Assembly (NCBI GenBank): GCA_031399965.1
Contig: JANNPH010000002.1
Coordinates: forward strand, 7,373-71,372
Length of the DNA stretch: 64,000 nt
From: Gloeobacteraceae cyanobacterium SOY_34_metabat_159
GTDB taxonomy: Bacteria; Cyanobacteriota; Cyanobacteriia; Gloeobacterales; Gloeobacteraceae
Direction of reading: 5' to 3'
Shown here: in pieces, positions 36,317 to 45,375 of the stretch
How positions within the stretch are numbered: the stretch's first letter is position 1
How the letters are laid out: each line of letters opens with the position of its first letter
Translations under genes and position numbers: made by a program
The notes under the pieces: generated by a model
Told to the model about the DNA's origin: nothing
What the model saw: the letters and a program-made list of their open reading frames with translations, nothing else
Databases searched by the model: none

Positions 36317-37159
36317 TTAGCGTGGAGTCAGGAGAATTTCCTTGAAGGTGTAGCTCTGGGAATCAACCAGAACGTTGCATCTCTGGGTTGCGTAGCCGGG
36401 GCAATCCAACTCCAGTACGTAGTGACCGAGGGCAAGATTGTCGAAGAAGAACAATCCTTCCTGGTTGCTAGTCGCCGCCTTCTCGGTACCGGCAATCGCC
36501 ACTTTCGTCGCCGCAAGCGGCAAAGTGGTGATTGCATTTTTGACCACCCCGGCCACGGCCACCCGCCGGGTCCGCACCGCATCGGCGCCACCGTCCGCCG
36601 TATCCGAGCGCAGGCGGGTAATCCGCTCCCACACCAGGGGTACGGGCGCGGCCGGGTTCGGGTTGACCGGGGCTGTGACTGTCACCATCAGGGCCGGGCG
36701 CAACGGTACTCCGAGGGCAAGCCACAAGGTGCTGATGTCGAGAGGCCGCACGGAACTCACCGTCATCGTCAGGTTGCCGAAGCCGCGCAAGGCCGGGGCT
36801 AAGAGGTCTTCGCGCAGCGAACGGTGGCGCAACAGCAGACTGAGCGCTTCAGAGAGCAGGTGGTGTTCTCCGAGCACCGTGCGGTCCCAGGCCGTGACCA
36901 GAAAAGAGACGTCAAACCAGATCGGTAGCCAGCCGACGGCGGCCATCGGACGGTCATCGACATAGCGGCGCTCGACCTGACGGCCCGAGTGCGGTACCTG
37001 CGCGTTTTCGCGCAGGTCATAAAAGTAGACATTCAGCCCTGGCCGGTCACCCGCCGCCTGCCTTTCGCCGGGGGACGCGAAATCAATTTGCTCGGTACTG
37101 GTGAGGGAAGTTCCCCCGGCCAGGATCTCGGCCAGGGTCTGGACCAGGGCTGTAATCAT
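36317..37159 (-). CDS. Pvc16/Afp16-like tail cap (DUF4255) fused to a carboxypeptidase-regulatory-like beta-sandwich
   Basis: The N-terminus has DUF4255-like features (LNVYFYDLRENA...WFDVSFLVTAW). The C-terminal ~90 aa (VAGVVKN...GLFFFDNLALGHYVLELDCPGY) resembles a CarboxypepD_reg fold. Confidence 0.7.
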   Translation of the reverse strand: MITALVQTLAEILAGGTSLTSTEQIDFASPGERQAAGDRPGLNVYFYDLRENAQVPHSGRQVERRYVDDRPMAAVGWLPIWFDVSFLVTAWDRTVLGEHHLLSEALSLLLRHRSLREDLLAPALRGFGNLTMTVSSVRPLDISTLWLALGVPLRPALMVTVTAPVNPNPAAPVPLVWERITRLRSDTADGGADAVRTRRVAVAGVVKNAITTLPLAATKVAIAGTEKAATSNQEGLFFFDNLALGHYVLELDCPGYATQRCNVLVDSQSYTFKEILLTPR

Positions 37160-37441
37160 CTGTGGTCCGGTTTTAAGTTCTGCATGTATTGGACTATCCA
37201 GTCCTAGATTATGGAGAGAGGCACACCGATGGTTATTAGACTTTGGTCGGAGATTTTTCCCCGCCTGCGTGCTCCAGAAAACCGCGTATCAGGCCAGAAC
37301 CTCTATACTCGTAGCAACCGACGAGCCCGCCCTGGGTTGCAGGATGGTTCGCCTTTCCCTAGACGTGCACGCCGCTCCGATTGCCATGGTGACTGTGTGT
37401 CAACTCTCGATACGCGTACGAACACCTCCAGACGCCGTCCC

Positions 37442-38554
37442 ATGAAAGTTTCTTTCTCGCCCGCGACGACTGCCCCGGCCGCCCCGGCCGGCCTCAAACC
37501 GCTCCAGAGCCTCTGCCAGTTGCAGGCCGAGCAGCTGGTGTCGCAACTGCCGGTCCGCTGTCTGCTGATTGCCTACTACGACCCCAAGCTTGGCACCCGG
37601 CAGTATGTGACCCACTATGCCCCTGGTGCAGCCCACCTGCCGGGCGAGACGCTCGAATTTTTGACCTCCCAGACCTGGCTCGATGAAACCGTTCCCGCTA
37701 CTACCCTTCAGGATTTGTCTCTCAAGTCTGTTGCCGGTGTAGGCTATCTCTGTCCGCTCATCCCTCGTGACCCGCACCCGGAGTATCTATTCCTGATTTC
37801 AGAAGTGGCCTTGTCGCCCGATCACAAGCAACTGGTCGAGCGGACGGCGGCACTGCTTGCGCGGCACCTGGAGTTGCACCAGCAGTGTTGGCGGCAAAAG
37901 TCGGAAATCGAGCTATTGGAGCAGGTCGTCCAGCGCACCGGCCATCAGCTGCGCAACCCGCTGGCGCTCATCAGTCTCTACGCTGAAAACCTTTGTATCG
38001 GCCTCGCCAATAGTCCGGCCTCAGAACAGGCAACGATCATTCGCGAGACGGTCAATACCCTCAATACCAACCTGACCGAGCTTATCTACTGTGGCCAGGG
38101 CGCGCGCCTGCAGGCAACCCGGCAGGATCTCAGAGCCATTGTCGAAGAGAGCATCGAGGGTCTACGACCGTGGATTGAATGCAAGCAACTGCACATCCGC
38201 TATCCAGATTCGGCTCTGATGCTCGCGGTCGATCGCCTGCAACTCAAGCAGGTCTTCGACAACCTACTCAGCAACGCCGTCCACTTTTCGCCACCCACGG
38301 GCACGATTGACCTGCGTTGGCGCTCTTTTCAAGACGAAGTGCTCATCGAAGTCAGCGATCAGGGGCCGGGGCTTTCGACCCAGGACCTCCAGCAGGTCTT
38401 CACGCCGTTTTACTCGCGCCGACCGGGCGGCACCGGTCTGGGACTCGCGATTGCCAAAAAAATCATCCTCGATCACCAGGGCAGTCTCTGGGTACAGAAC
38501 CTGCCGACCGGCGGCGCTCAGTTTTCTATAAGCCTGCCGCGCGGCTCCCGATGA
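37442..38554 (+). CDS. Sensor histidine kinase (GAF-like N-terminus, HisKA, HATPase_c)
   Basis: H-box HQLRNPLALI, N-box NLLSNAVHF, G-boxes DQGPGL and GTGLGLAI. The ATG at 37442 was chosen; the stop overlaps the regulator start (ATGA). Confidence 0.85.
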   Translation: MKVSFSPATTAPAAPAGLKPLQSLCQLQAEQLVSQLPVRCLLIAYYDPKLGTRQYVTHYAPGAAHLPGETLEFLTSQTWLDETVPATTLQDLSLKSVAGVGYLCPLIPRDPHPEYLFLISEVALSPDHKQLVERTAALLARHLELHQQCWRQKSEIELLEQVVQRTGHQLRNPLALISLYAENLCIGLANSPASEQATIIRETVNTLNTNLTELIYCGQGARLQATRQDLRAIVEESIEGLRPWIECKQLHIRYPDSALMLAVDRLQLKQVFDNLLSNAVHFSPPTGTIDLRWRSFQDEVLIEVSDQGPGLSTQDLQQVFTPFYSRRPGGTGLGLAIAKKIILDHQGSLWVQNLPTGGAQFSISLPRGSR

Positions 38555-39249
38555 GCCTGGGGAGGGCAATGGGTATGGCGACGATGACGCTCTCGATATT
38601 ATTAGTAGACGACGAGCAACGGTTTCGCCAGGGCATCCGCACGCTACTCGGTTTCTACAGCGCCAGCGGACCGACGACCTTTGAAATTATCGGTGAAGCG
38701 GCCTCAGTCGAGCAGGCAGTCTCTCTGGTAAGTGAACAGCGCCCGGCCCTGGTGCTCCTGGATATGGAACTGGCGCGCAGCGACGGCGTCGAGCTACTCA
38801 CCCAGCTGAGATCGGTCAACTATGGCGGTAAGGTGCTGGTGCTTTCAGCTCATCAAGAAGACGACTGGGTCTTCCGGGCAATGCAGGCCGGTGCCTCGGG
38901 CTATGTCTTCAAGACCCACCTGGCCACCCAGTTGTGCGAAGCCATTGCCACGATCATGCGCGACGAAATTTATCTGCCGCCCGAAGTCGCCACCCAATTC
39001 TTTCGGCTGTTTCATTACTATGCCGGCCGCTCTGTGCAGGCACGCGCCCAGATTCACCTCACCGAGCGCGAACAGGAAGTCCTGCACTGGCTGGTGCGCG
39101 GTGCTTCTAATGAAGAAATCGCCAAACACCTCTACATCACGATTGCGACCGTAAAAGCACACCTGACGGCGATATTTGAGAAGTTACAGGTGACCAGTCG
39201 GACCCAGGCCATCGTGGCTGCCCTCAAACTCGGACTGGTGCAGGCGTAA
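38551..39249 (+). CDS. LuxR/NarL-family response regulator
   Basis: Receiver domain (ILLVDDE, LVLLDMEL) plus LuxR HTH (LTEREQEVLHWLVRGASNEEIAKHLYITIATVKAHL). Confidence 0.9.
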   Translation: MSLGRAMGMATMTLSILLVDDEQRFRQGIRTLLGFYSASGPTTFEIIGEAASVEQAVSLVSEQRPALVLLDMELARSDGVELLTQLRSVNYGGKVLVLSAHQEDDWVFRAMQAGASGYVFKTHLATQLCEAIATIMRDEIYLPPEVATQFFRLFHYYAGRSVQARAQIHLTEREQEVLHWLVRGASNEEIAKHLYITIATVKAHLTAIFEKLQVTSRTQAIVAALKLGLVQA

Positions 39250-39267
39250 GTCGGGTAGCCGGAGCCT

Positions 39268-39297
39268 AAAAAGCCGCCGACAGCGGCTGTCGGCGGC
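39268..39297 (-). terminator. Intrinsic terminator after the G8 gene, possibly bidirectional
   Basis: An 11-bp GC stem (39273-39283 / 39287-39297) with a 3-nt loop. The minus strand reads the hairpin followed by TTTTT (A-run at 39268-39272 on plus). Confidence 0.7.
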
Positions 39298-39344
39298 GGG
39301 TCTTGATCAGTAAGCGGAGCGCTCATGCCCGGGAACGCGCCAGA

Positions 39345-41732
39345 TTAAAGCACTGGGCAACTGGCAAGGTTGCAGACGACAGCCTGCCTGCCACCCCCAG
39401 ATTCTCTACCGTTGCCGACGAGGCGCACGTACAACTGTTGATTGGTTGCATTCAGGAAGTAGCCTAAGCCGGTACCGGCGTTAAAGGCGGCCTCGCTGCT
39501 GTAGCGGGAGTACGGCTGACCATCCAACTGGTTGGTCACCGATACTTCCGAGTAGGGCCAGGCAAACTTGAATACGGCCCAATTTGAGGAAGGTGCATTC
39601 AGACCCATCGTAAAAGTAGCGAACGGATCGTCCGGTTGAATAGTGTAGGTCCGGTTCAACAGGATATTTGAACTGCTGTAGCCGATGCCGTTCGGTGCGT
39701 ACCCGCCTGGGATCCGGCCTCTGACCCCGTCGTCGCGGACGAACGTCATTGACCCGAACGCCTGCCCGAGGATGGGCGCCACTTCAAACCCGCCGTACTG
39801 ATGAGGGCACCAGTAGGCGTTCGAACCTGGCTTAACCGTGCAGGCTGCTGTGCTGAGCAGCGGGTGGGCATTCACAAAAGCTCCCGGTTGACCGGAACTA
39901 TAAGTGCCTGGTTGGCTGGGGCTTGCAAACAAACCATCTGTATCCACGACAACGAACGTACGGTATTCGGCAGCCGGATCGGAGACTGCCGGAAACCAGG
40001 TTGGTTGCGCATTGAGCATGCTCGTGGCACTCAGTGAGGAGCGCGAACTACTACTGTGACCTTCATTGACGTAGAAGGCGACGGCACGACCAACCTGATG
40101 CGGTTCGGTATTTTGAGAGGCATCAAAATTGACAAAGCTGACATTTTCTGCGCGCAGCCACCCGTCATATTCTTCCATGCCTCTGATGATTCCACCGTTC
40201 CAGGCAGACTCAGTAAAGACGCTATTGGGACCGGGGGAACTGTCGGGGTTCGCACTTTTGCCGACAATCAGCGAGTCGCGAAGCGTCGCGTTCTCACCGA
40301 AAAACCCGGCGAGGTTGTTCGCAAGCCGAGCATTGACGGCGGTGTGATTGCCGCAACAGCCGAGCCAGATCCCTTTGCGGGCATTTTTGTAGGCGGTGAC
40401 GTCGGTAAAGGTGCCACTCACGTTGTAGTGCGAGACGTTCAAGCCCGTGCCGGAGTCCCAGTCACCGTAGTTTGAATGGGCGATGTTACCCCTGAATTCG
40501 CCGAGCGGTGCAGTCCTCGGCGAGTAGCTGTTGGTCGCCGAGACGCCGGTCGGGTATTCAGGAAGGTCGTACCAGAAGCCGAAACTCTCAGAACCGGCAG
40601 CAACGTTGTTGCGGAAGATGTTATTCGGGTTGGAAATCCAGTAAGTCGAGGGGAAACTGTCAGATTCGATGATGTTGACTTCCGGCCTGCGGGTGAGGAT
40701 GCCGAGATTGCCTTCAAATACGTTGCCGGTTTCGACGCCGTCTTCTAAGAAGAAGCAGTGCCCGAAAGTGTTGTAGGTAACGTTTGACGTTATCTGTACC
40801 TGGTTGGTGCCGTGGAGAGTCACGCAGCGGTTGTAGCTGTGATGGATGCTGGAGTTTTTCAGAAAGCTGTTTGCTCCTGCAGACCCGAGCAGATGTGCGT
40901 GCAGGGGATAGCGGCCAGAACGGCCTTTCTGCCCTACTCGATAAAACTCGACTCGATCGAGGTGAAACTGTCCGCCGCCCATGACCATCATGTGGGCACC
41001 GAAACCGGTCTGTTCGGACGAGTCATCACCGGCAATGACGATGTTACGGCTGAGCAGGCCGACCTCGGCACGCTCGTCGAGTTGTTTGTTGTCGTAGGTC
41101 TGCAACTCTCCCCAGTGCAAGTCTTGTACCGGTTGCTTGAGCGCAACTGAATTTCCGGCGACCGAGTTGACCTGTATGACATTGGCTTGATACGGGTTGA
41201 AGTCGGTCGAAGTGATGACGATCCAATCGTCAGCTTGCCAGTCCACCGCTCTTTCGAGCACAATTTGCGAACTGCCGATCGCTGCTGTCGCGTTCAGGTG
41301 TGTCCAGCTGACGCGGGGCGAACCGTACATCTCAACAGTGCCGCCCATTACACCGATCATCTTGGTGCCCATCCCCATCACATCTTCGTCCGGGTTATTG
41401 CCGGTGAGCATGATCGTGGCCCGCTGCTGAAACGGCTCGGCCGCCGTACCGATCTGCAGTAAACCGTGCACCAGGATCCAGTCGCTCGTCAGCGAAAGAT
41501 CCTGGCGAGCAAAAGACAACGTGCCATTGATTTGAACGCTTTTTAAGGGCGGCGGACTGACGTCGAGCACAACAGTCTTGCCTTGTGGAATGACCACCGA
41601 CTGTCCTGGCTGCGGAACCTGTCCTCCCCAGGTCGCCGGGTTTGACCACAGTTCTCCGGCTGTCTGCGCAAAAACAGGTAGAGTAGCCAACTGCAAAAAG
41701 AACAACGTTGATACAGCAAATTTTCTGAACAC
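39345..41732 (-). CDS. Secreted G8-domain / right-handed parallel beta-helix protein
   Basis: Signal peptide (...LPVFAQ). The N-terminus WSNPATWGGQVPQPGQSVVIPQGKTVVLDVSPPPLKSVQINGTLSF matches the G8 pattern. It is followed by many beta-helix-like Gly/Asn-rich turns. Confidence 0.75.
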   Translation of the reverse strand: MFRKFAVSTLFFLQLATLPVFAQTAGELWSNPATWGGQVPQPGQSVVIPQGKTVVLDVSPPPLKSVQINGTLSFARQDLSLTSDWILVHGLLQIGTAAEPFQQRATIMLTGNNPDEDVMGMGTKMIGVMGGTVEMYGSPRVSWTHLNATAAIGSSQIVLERAVDWQADDWIVITSTDFNPYQANVIQVNSVAGNSVALKQPVQDLHWGELQTYDNKQLDERAEVGLLSRNIVIAGDDSSEQTGFGAHMMVMGGGQFHLDRVEFYRVGQKGRSGRYPLHAHLLGSAGANSFLKNSSIHHSYNRCVTLHGTNQVQITSNVTYNTFGHCFFLEDGVETGNVFEGNLGILTRRPEVNIIESDSFPSTYWISNPNNIFRNNVAAGSESFGFWYDLPEYPTGVSATNSYSPRTAPLGEFRGNIAHSNYGDWDSGTGLNVSHYNVSGTFTDVTAYKNARKGIWLGCCGNHTAVNARLANNLAGFFGENATLRDSLIVGKSANPDSSPGPNSVFTESAWNGGIIRGMEEYDGWLRAENVSFVNFDASQNTEPHQVGRAVAFYVNEGHSSSSRSSLSATSMLNAQPTWFPAVSDPAAEYRTFVVVDTDGLFASPSQPGTYSSGQPGAFVNAHPLLSTAACTVKPGSNAYWCPHQYGGFEVAPILGQAFGSMTFVRDDGVRGRIPGGYAPNGIGYSSSNILLNRTYTIQPDDPFATFTMGLNAPSSNWAVFKFAWPYSEVSVTNQLDGQPYSRYSSEAAFNAGTGLGYFLNATNQQLYVRLVGNGRESGGGRQAVVCNLASCPVL

Positions 41733-42205
41733 TGAACCCCCTGGGCAACATTACTTCGATTGAGACGACAACAGGTCCATTAATACTTGATGGACATATC
41801 GTAAGCATCCGTGAGATTACCAGGCAATAATTAGATTGACTCGGGTTATATCCTGGCTTGCGTATAATTGCGCAAAACAGGCTTGCATACAATATCCATC
41901 ACAACTTCCCCCACATATAAGGGAGGTCGTATATGCGAGGCTGGTCACGTTTTTTCTGCGCATATAGCTTCAGAGAAAGTACATATATTTCTATAGCTTC
42001 GAGATTTGTTTTCGTTTGAGGCTAATAGCGGTTCAGTGTGGAATTTTCTTGAGAAAACTTCTTGCACAAACGGGACGCCAGTGTCGAAATTTTGGGCGTG
42101 GTGTGACTGCGCCCAGCCGGCCTACCCCAGAGCAACACCAGAGATAGATGAAGCACCCCAGCCAACTGAACGACAGTTGAGGAGAACTTTCAGCACAGCC
42201 TCACG

Positions 42206-42436
42206 ATGGAAACCCAGACCCAAAAGACCATCAGCAACCTGGAGTACGACTTGCTCACAGCCCTTCACAATAAAGCTGAGGCCGTGAATGCTTACGACCA
42301 GTACATTCAGGACGCTCAGCAGATGAACTCTCAACCCTGCGTTCAGCTATTTGAAAAGCTCAAGCAGCAGGACCTTGAGATGTCCCAGGAAATCCGCTAT
42401 CACCTGATGCAGGTGATGCAGCACGGTCGTATGTGA
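42206..42436 (+). CDS. Small helical hypothetical protein
   Basis: 76-aa ORF. No family recognised. Confidence 0.45.
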   Translation: METQTQKTISNLEYDLLTALHNKAEAVNAYDQYIQDAQQMNSQPCVQLFEKLKQQDLEMSQEIRYHLMQVMQHGRM

Positions 42437-42440
42437 TGTT

Positions 42441-42479
42441 CGAGCGGGTTCAACTGGAAAACGCAGCCGAACCCGCTCG
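42441..42479 (+). terminator. Perfect 11-bp inverted repeat after the 42206 ORF
   Basis: cgagcgggttc (42441-42451) and gaacccgctcg (42469-42479) with a 17-nt loop. No T-tract follows. Confidence 0.35.
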
Positions 42480-42520
42480 CGGTAAGATACTTCGGTACTA
42501 TCAGTCCGACGGCTCCCTTC

Positions 42521-42868
42521 ATGAGTGAAGTCTTAAAAGTCGATCCAGAAGCACGCAAGCTCAGTTTCGGAGAGCAAACGGCTTCTCTTGAAGAACCGTT
42601 TGCGGCCCTCCTGGTCGAAGCGCTCCTGACGATGCTTCCGGCTGAAAAGTTAGCAATGATGGCACCGACGACGACGCGCGGCTACACGCTACCCAACATC
42701 ACCCAGCTCGATTACGACCAACTGGTTGCCGCCCTCCAGCAGATCAACGGACAGCTACAGGCAGAGGTGCTGCGCACTAACTTTCGGGCGCGTGGTCCCG
42801 GTGAGCCGCTACAGGCCAAGATCCTGCTTGCAGACAAGAGCATCGTCAAAGGCGTCAATCGGGCTTAA
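42521..42868 (+). CDS. Hypothetical protein
   Basis: 115-aa ORF. No family recognised. Confidence 0.4.
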   Translation: MSEVLKVDPEARKLSFGEQTASLEEPFAALLVEALLTMLPAEKLAMMAPTTTRGYTLPNITQLDYDQLVAALQQINGQLQAEVLRTNFRARGPGEPLQAKILLADKSIVKGVNRA

Positions 42869-43781
42869 GAAAATTGACGAGCGTCCTGGTGACTGCCTCA
42901 GGCTGGTGTTCTTGAGGGTAGTGCCCGGCTTTTTCGACAAGCACAAGCTTGATTTGCGGATGATCGTCGGCAAACTTCTGAACCATAGCGAGGGGCAGAT
43001 AGCGATCCTTTTCTCCCCAGATGACTCGAACTGGGAAGCGGTCGTCCCAGCTGGAAAAACCAGCCTCGATTTCACTCAAAGCCTTCTGAAGCCCCAGGTT
43101 GCGAATCGTGGTCATCAGCGCCCGACCGGCATCGCCGCTTGCACTGTAGGGGCGTCGGTACGCGCCGAGGTCGCCAAGGTCGATAGCAAAACCACCCCAT
43201 TCGAGCGCTTCATCGACCGAGAGCGGATTTTGAACGAGCATATCCCCAAGTAACGGTAGGCCGAGTTGCTTCAAGCGCCAGGGTAGTTTTGCGGTGGTGC
43301 TGAGGGGCGTATTGAGAATGGCGAGCCGTTCGATCCGGTCGGGATGCCGCAGGGCGTACTGAATACCTGCGGAGCCGAGAAAGCCCTGCACGACCAGGGA
43401 AAATTTGCGAATCTCAAGCCTGTCCAGCAAGGCTTCGAGCGCCTCGACAAATGCGTCGGGAGTATAGGCAAACTCGGAAAGCTCGGGCTTTTGAGAATTG
43501 CCGAAGCCGATCCAGTCGGGTGCTATTGTCCGCAAACCGGTCTCTGCCAGACGCGGGAGCACTGCGCGCCAGGCATAGCTATAGGCGGGGAGTCCATGCA
43601 ACAGCACCACCGGCACCCGCGCTGCCGGTACCGGATTGGCCTCCTGGTAAGACCAGCGGAGCGCTCCGACGGTGAGGGTCTGTTCGTTGATGAGCACGAT
43701 GAGGGCAGTATAAGGATTGGCCCCACGGGCGAATTGCTCCGTGGACGGACTAAGCTCGTCCAATTCTAACCAGCCGGGCAA
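42855..43781 (-). CDS. Alpha/beta hydrolase (haloalkane-dehalogenase-like fold)
   Basis: VVLLHGLPAYSYAWRAV and a central elbow region VVQGFLGS. Confidence 0.8.
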   Translation of the reverse strand: MPGWLELDELSPSTEQFARGANPYTALIVLINEQTLTVGALRWSYQEANPVPAARVPVVLLHGLPAYSYAWRAVLPRLAETGLRTIAPDWIGFGNSQKPELSEFAYTPDAFVEALEALLDRLEIRKFSLVVQGFLGSAGIQYALRHPDRIERLAILNTPLSTTAKLPWRLKQLGLPLLGDMLVQNPLSVDEALEWGGFAIDLGDLGAYRRPYSASGDAGRALMTTIRNLGLQKALSEIEAGFSSWDDRFPVRVIWGEKDRYLPLAMVQKFADDHPQIKLVLVEKAGHYPQEHQPEAVTRTLVNFLKPD

Positions 43782-43787
43782 CGGGCT

Positions 43788-44534
43788 CTACCAGGGCAGT
43801 GGTTCGCTGAAGTGCAGGTAAGCGCCGCTTGGACCGTCCGCGGGTAGGGTCGCCAGTTGCACTCCGGTTTTGGCGCCGTCCTCAAGGCTCATTGGGGCCT
43901 GACCGCCGCCGAGTTCGGTCTGTACCCAGCCGGGGTGAGCGCTATTGACTTTGATCTGTGACTCGCGCAGGGCATGGGCGAGGTGAACGGTAAAGGCGTT
44001 GACGGCAACTTTCGAGGCGTCGTAGGCGAAGGGCTTGGAATCGTAGACTGGCGATTGGGGGTCGGCCTGCAGAGTGAGCGAGCCCTGGATGCTCGACATA
44101 TTGACGATCCGCCCCTGTTCGCTTTTGCGGATCAGGGGCAGAAAGGCTTGCGTGACAGCAACCAGTCCAAAGAAATTGGCGTCGAAAGTTTGACGCAGCG
44201 TGTCAGGTGAGACGGTCAGGGCGGTGTTACCGATCCAGTCGTGCTCGAGCATGACCCCGGCATTGTTGACGAGAATGTCGAGCCGTCCGAGGGTGTCCTC
44301 GATCTGCTTAACAGCTGCTTCGATCGAAGCGCTGTCGGTGACATTGAGGGCGAGCGGCCGAGCGTCTATCCCGGCTGCCTGCAGTTCGCTTACCGCCTGT
44401 TGAGCCTTGGCAAGGTCCCGCGCTCCGACAACAACCGTGATATCCGCCTTGCCCAACTGGCGGCTCATCTCCAGGCCCAGGCCCTTGTTTGCCCCGGTCA
44501 CCAGGGCAACTTTGCGCTGCAATTGGTCTGCCAT
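43788..44534 (-). CDS. Short-chain dehydrogenase/reductase
   Basis: TGANKGLG, NNAG and YDASK (catalytic YxxxK). Confidence 0.9.
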   Translation of the reverse strand: MADQLQRKVALVTGANKGLGLEMSRQLGKADITVVVGARDLAKAQQAVSELQAAGIDARPLALNVTDSASIEAAVKQIEDTLGRLDILVNNAGVMLEHDWIGNTALTVSPDTLRQTFDANFFGLVAVTQAFLPLIRKSEQGRIVNMSSIQGSLTLQADPQSPVYDSKPFAYDASKVAVNAFTVHLAHALRESQIKVNSAHPGWVQTELGGGQAPMSLEDGAKTGVQLATLPADGPSGAYLHFSEPLPW

Positions 44535-44621
44535 CGTTATCTTCTCCTGATCGGCAATGGCCCTCTAGCTTAGAAGGCCATTACTACTAGATAAAGAAAG
44601 ACTCAGTCGCTGTCTAGCTAG

Positions 44622-45173
44622 CTAAAGGGCTAGGTCACCGCTCTGTGGTAATGCCTGAATATAGGCGACAGCAAGCGGTGTAGCCTGCTGTTCAATCTCG
44701 GCCATGATAGAGCGGTCATGCGCAGTCCAGACTCTCGGCGCTCCGAAGACACAGGGCTGCAGGATGCCCCAGAGCTGACCGTCCTGGCGCAGATGGGCGT
44801 GAATCAGGGCACGGTGTCCAAAATTTTCTCGCTCGAAGGCGCGGTTGACGACTTTCGGATCGGCCGTCTCGACATCCTCGACGTAGACCGACGCCTCCAG
44901 ATGCAGGGCTGCGGCGAAGAGCGGGTCTTCTTGAGCAAGAGAATCAGGCTCAGTGCGCCAATCAGGGCTGGTTACATCCGGAAATTGCGGGTCGCGCCGC
45001 CAGCAGTAAGGAGTTCGACCGACCCGTGTTCGCGGGTTGCGCAGGTACAAAAAACAGCGGTCACAAGCAAGCACTTCGCCGAGGGCAGGTAGCAGAGTGG
45101 CGAAGATTGCCCCCGGTTCCTGGTCAGTCTGCAAAATCTTCGCGAGAGACACCGGTAGAAAAAATCCGCTCAT
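44622..45173 (-). CDS. GAF-domain protein
   Basis: Single-domain ~180-aa protein with GAF-like pattern (CDRCFLYL...). Assigned by eye only. Confidence 0.5.
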   Translation of the reverse strand: MSGFFLPVSLAKILQTDQEPGAIFATLLPALGEVLACDRCFLYLRNPRTRVGRTPYCWRRDPQFPDVTSPDWRTEPDSLAQEDPLFAAALHLEASVYVEDVETADPKVVNRAFERENFGHRALIHAHLRQDGQLWGILQPCVFGAPRVWTAHDRSIMAEIEQQATPLAVAYIQALPQSGDLAL

Positions 45174-45375
45174 CGAGCCATCGGGATAACGCCGAGGCCC
45201 AGTGTAGCGCTAAGCGCAGACAGTGCCGACTGCAGGCGAGTGGGTCGTTTGCCTCTACCGATCGATACTGGTACCTGTTGCGGTGAGCGCTCTAAGCTGC
45301 CTGAGTATCCGGTGAGTAGTCGAGAAGAGACTGCCTCCAGGGCACATCAGCCGTCACCCCCAAAAAAAATCAGCC

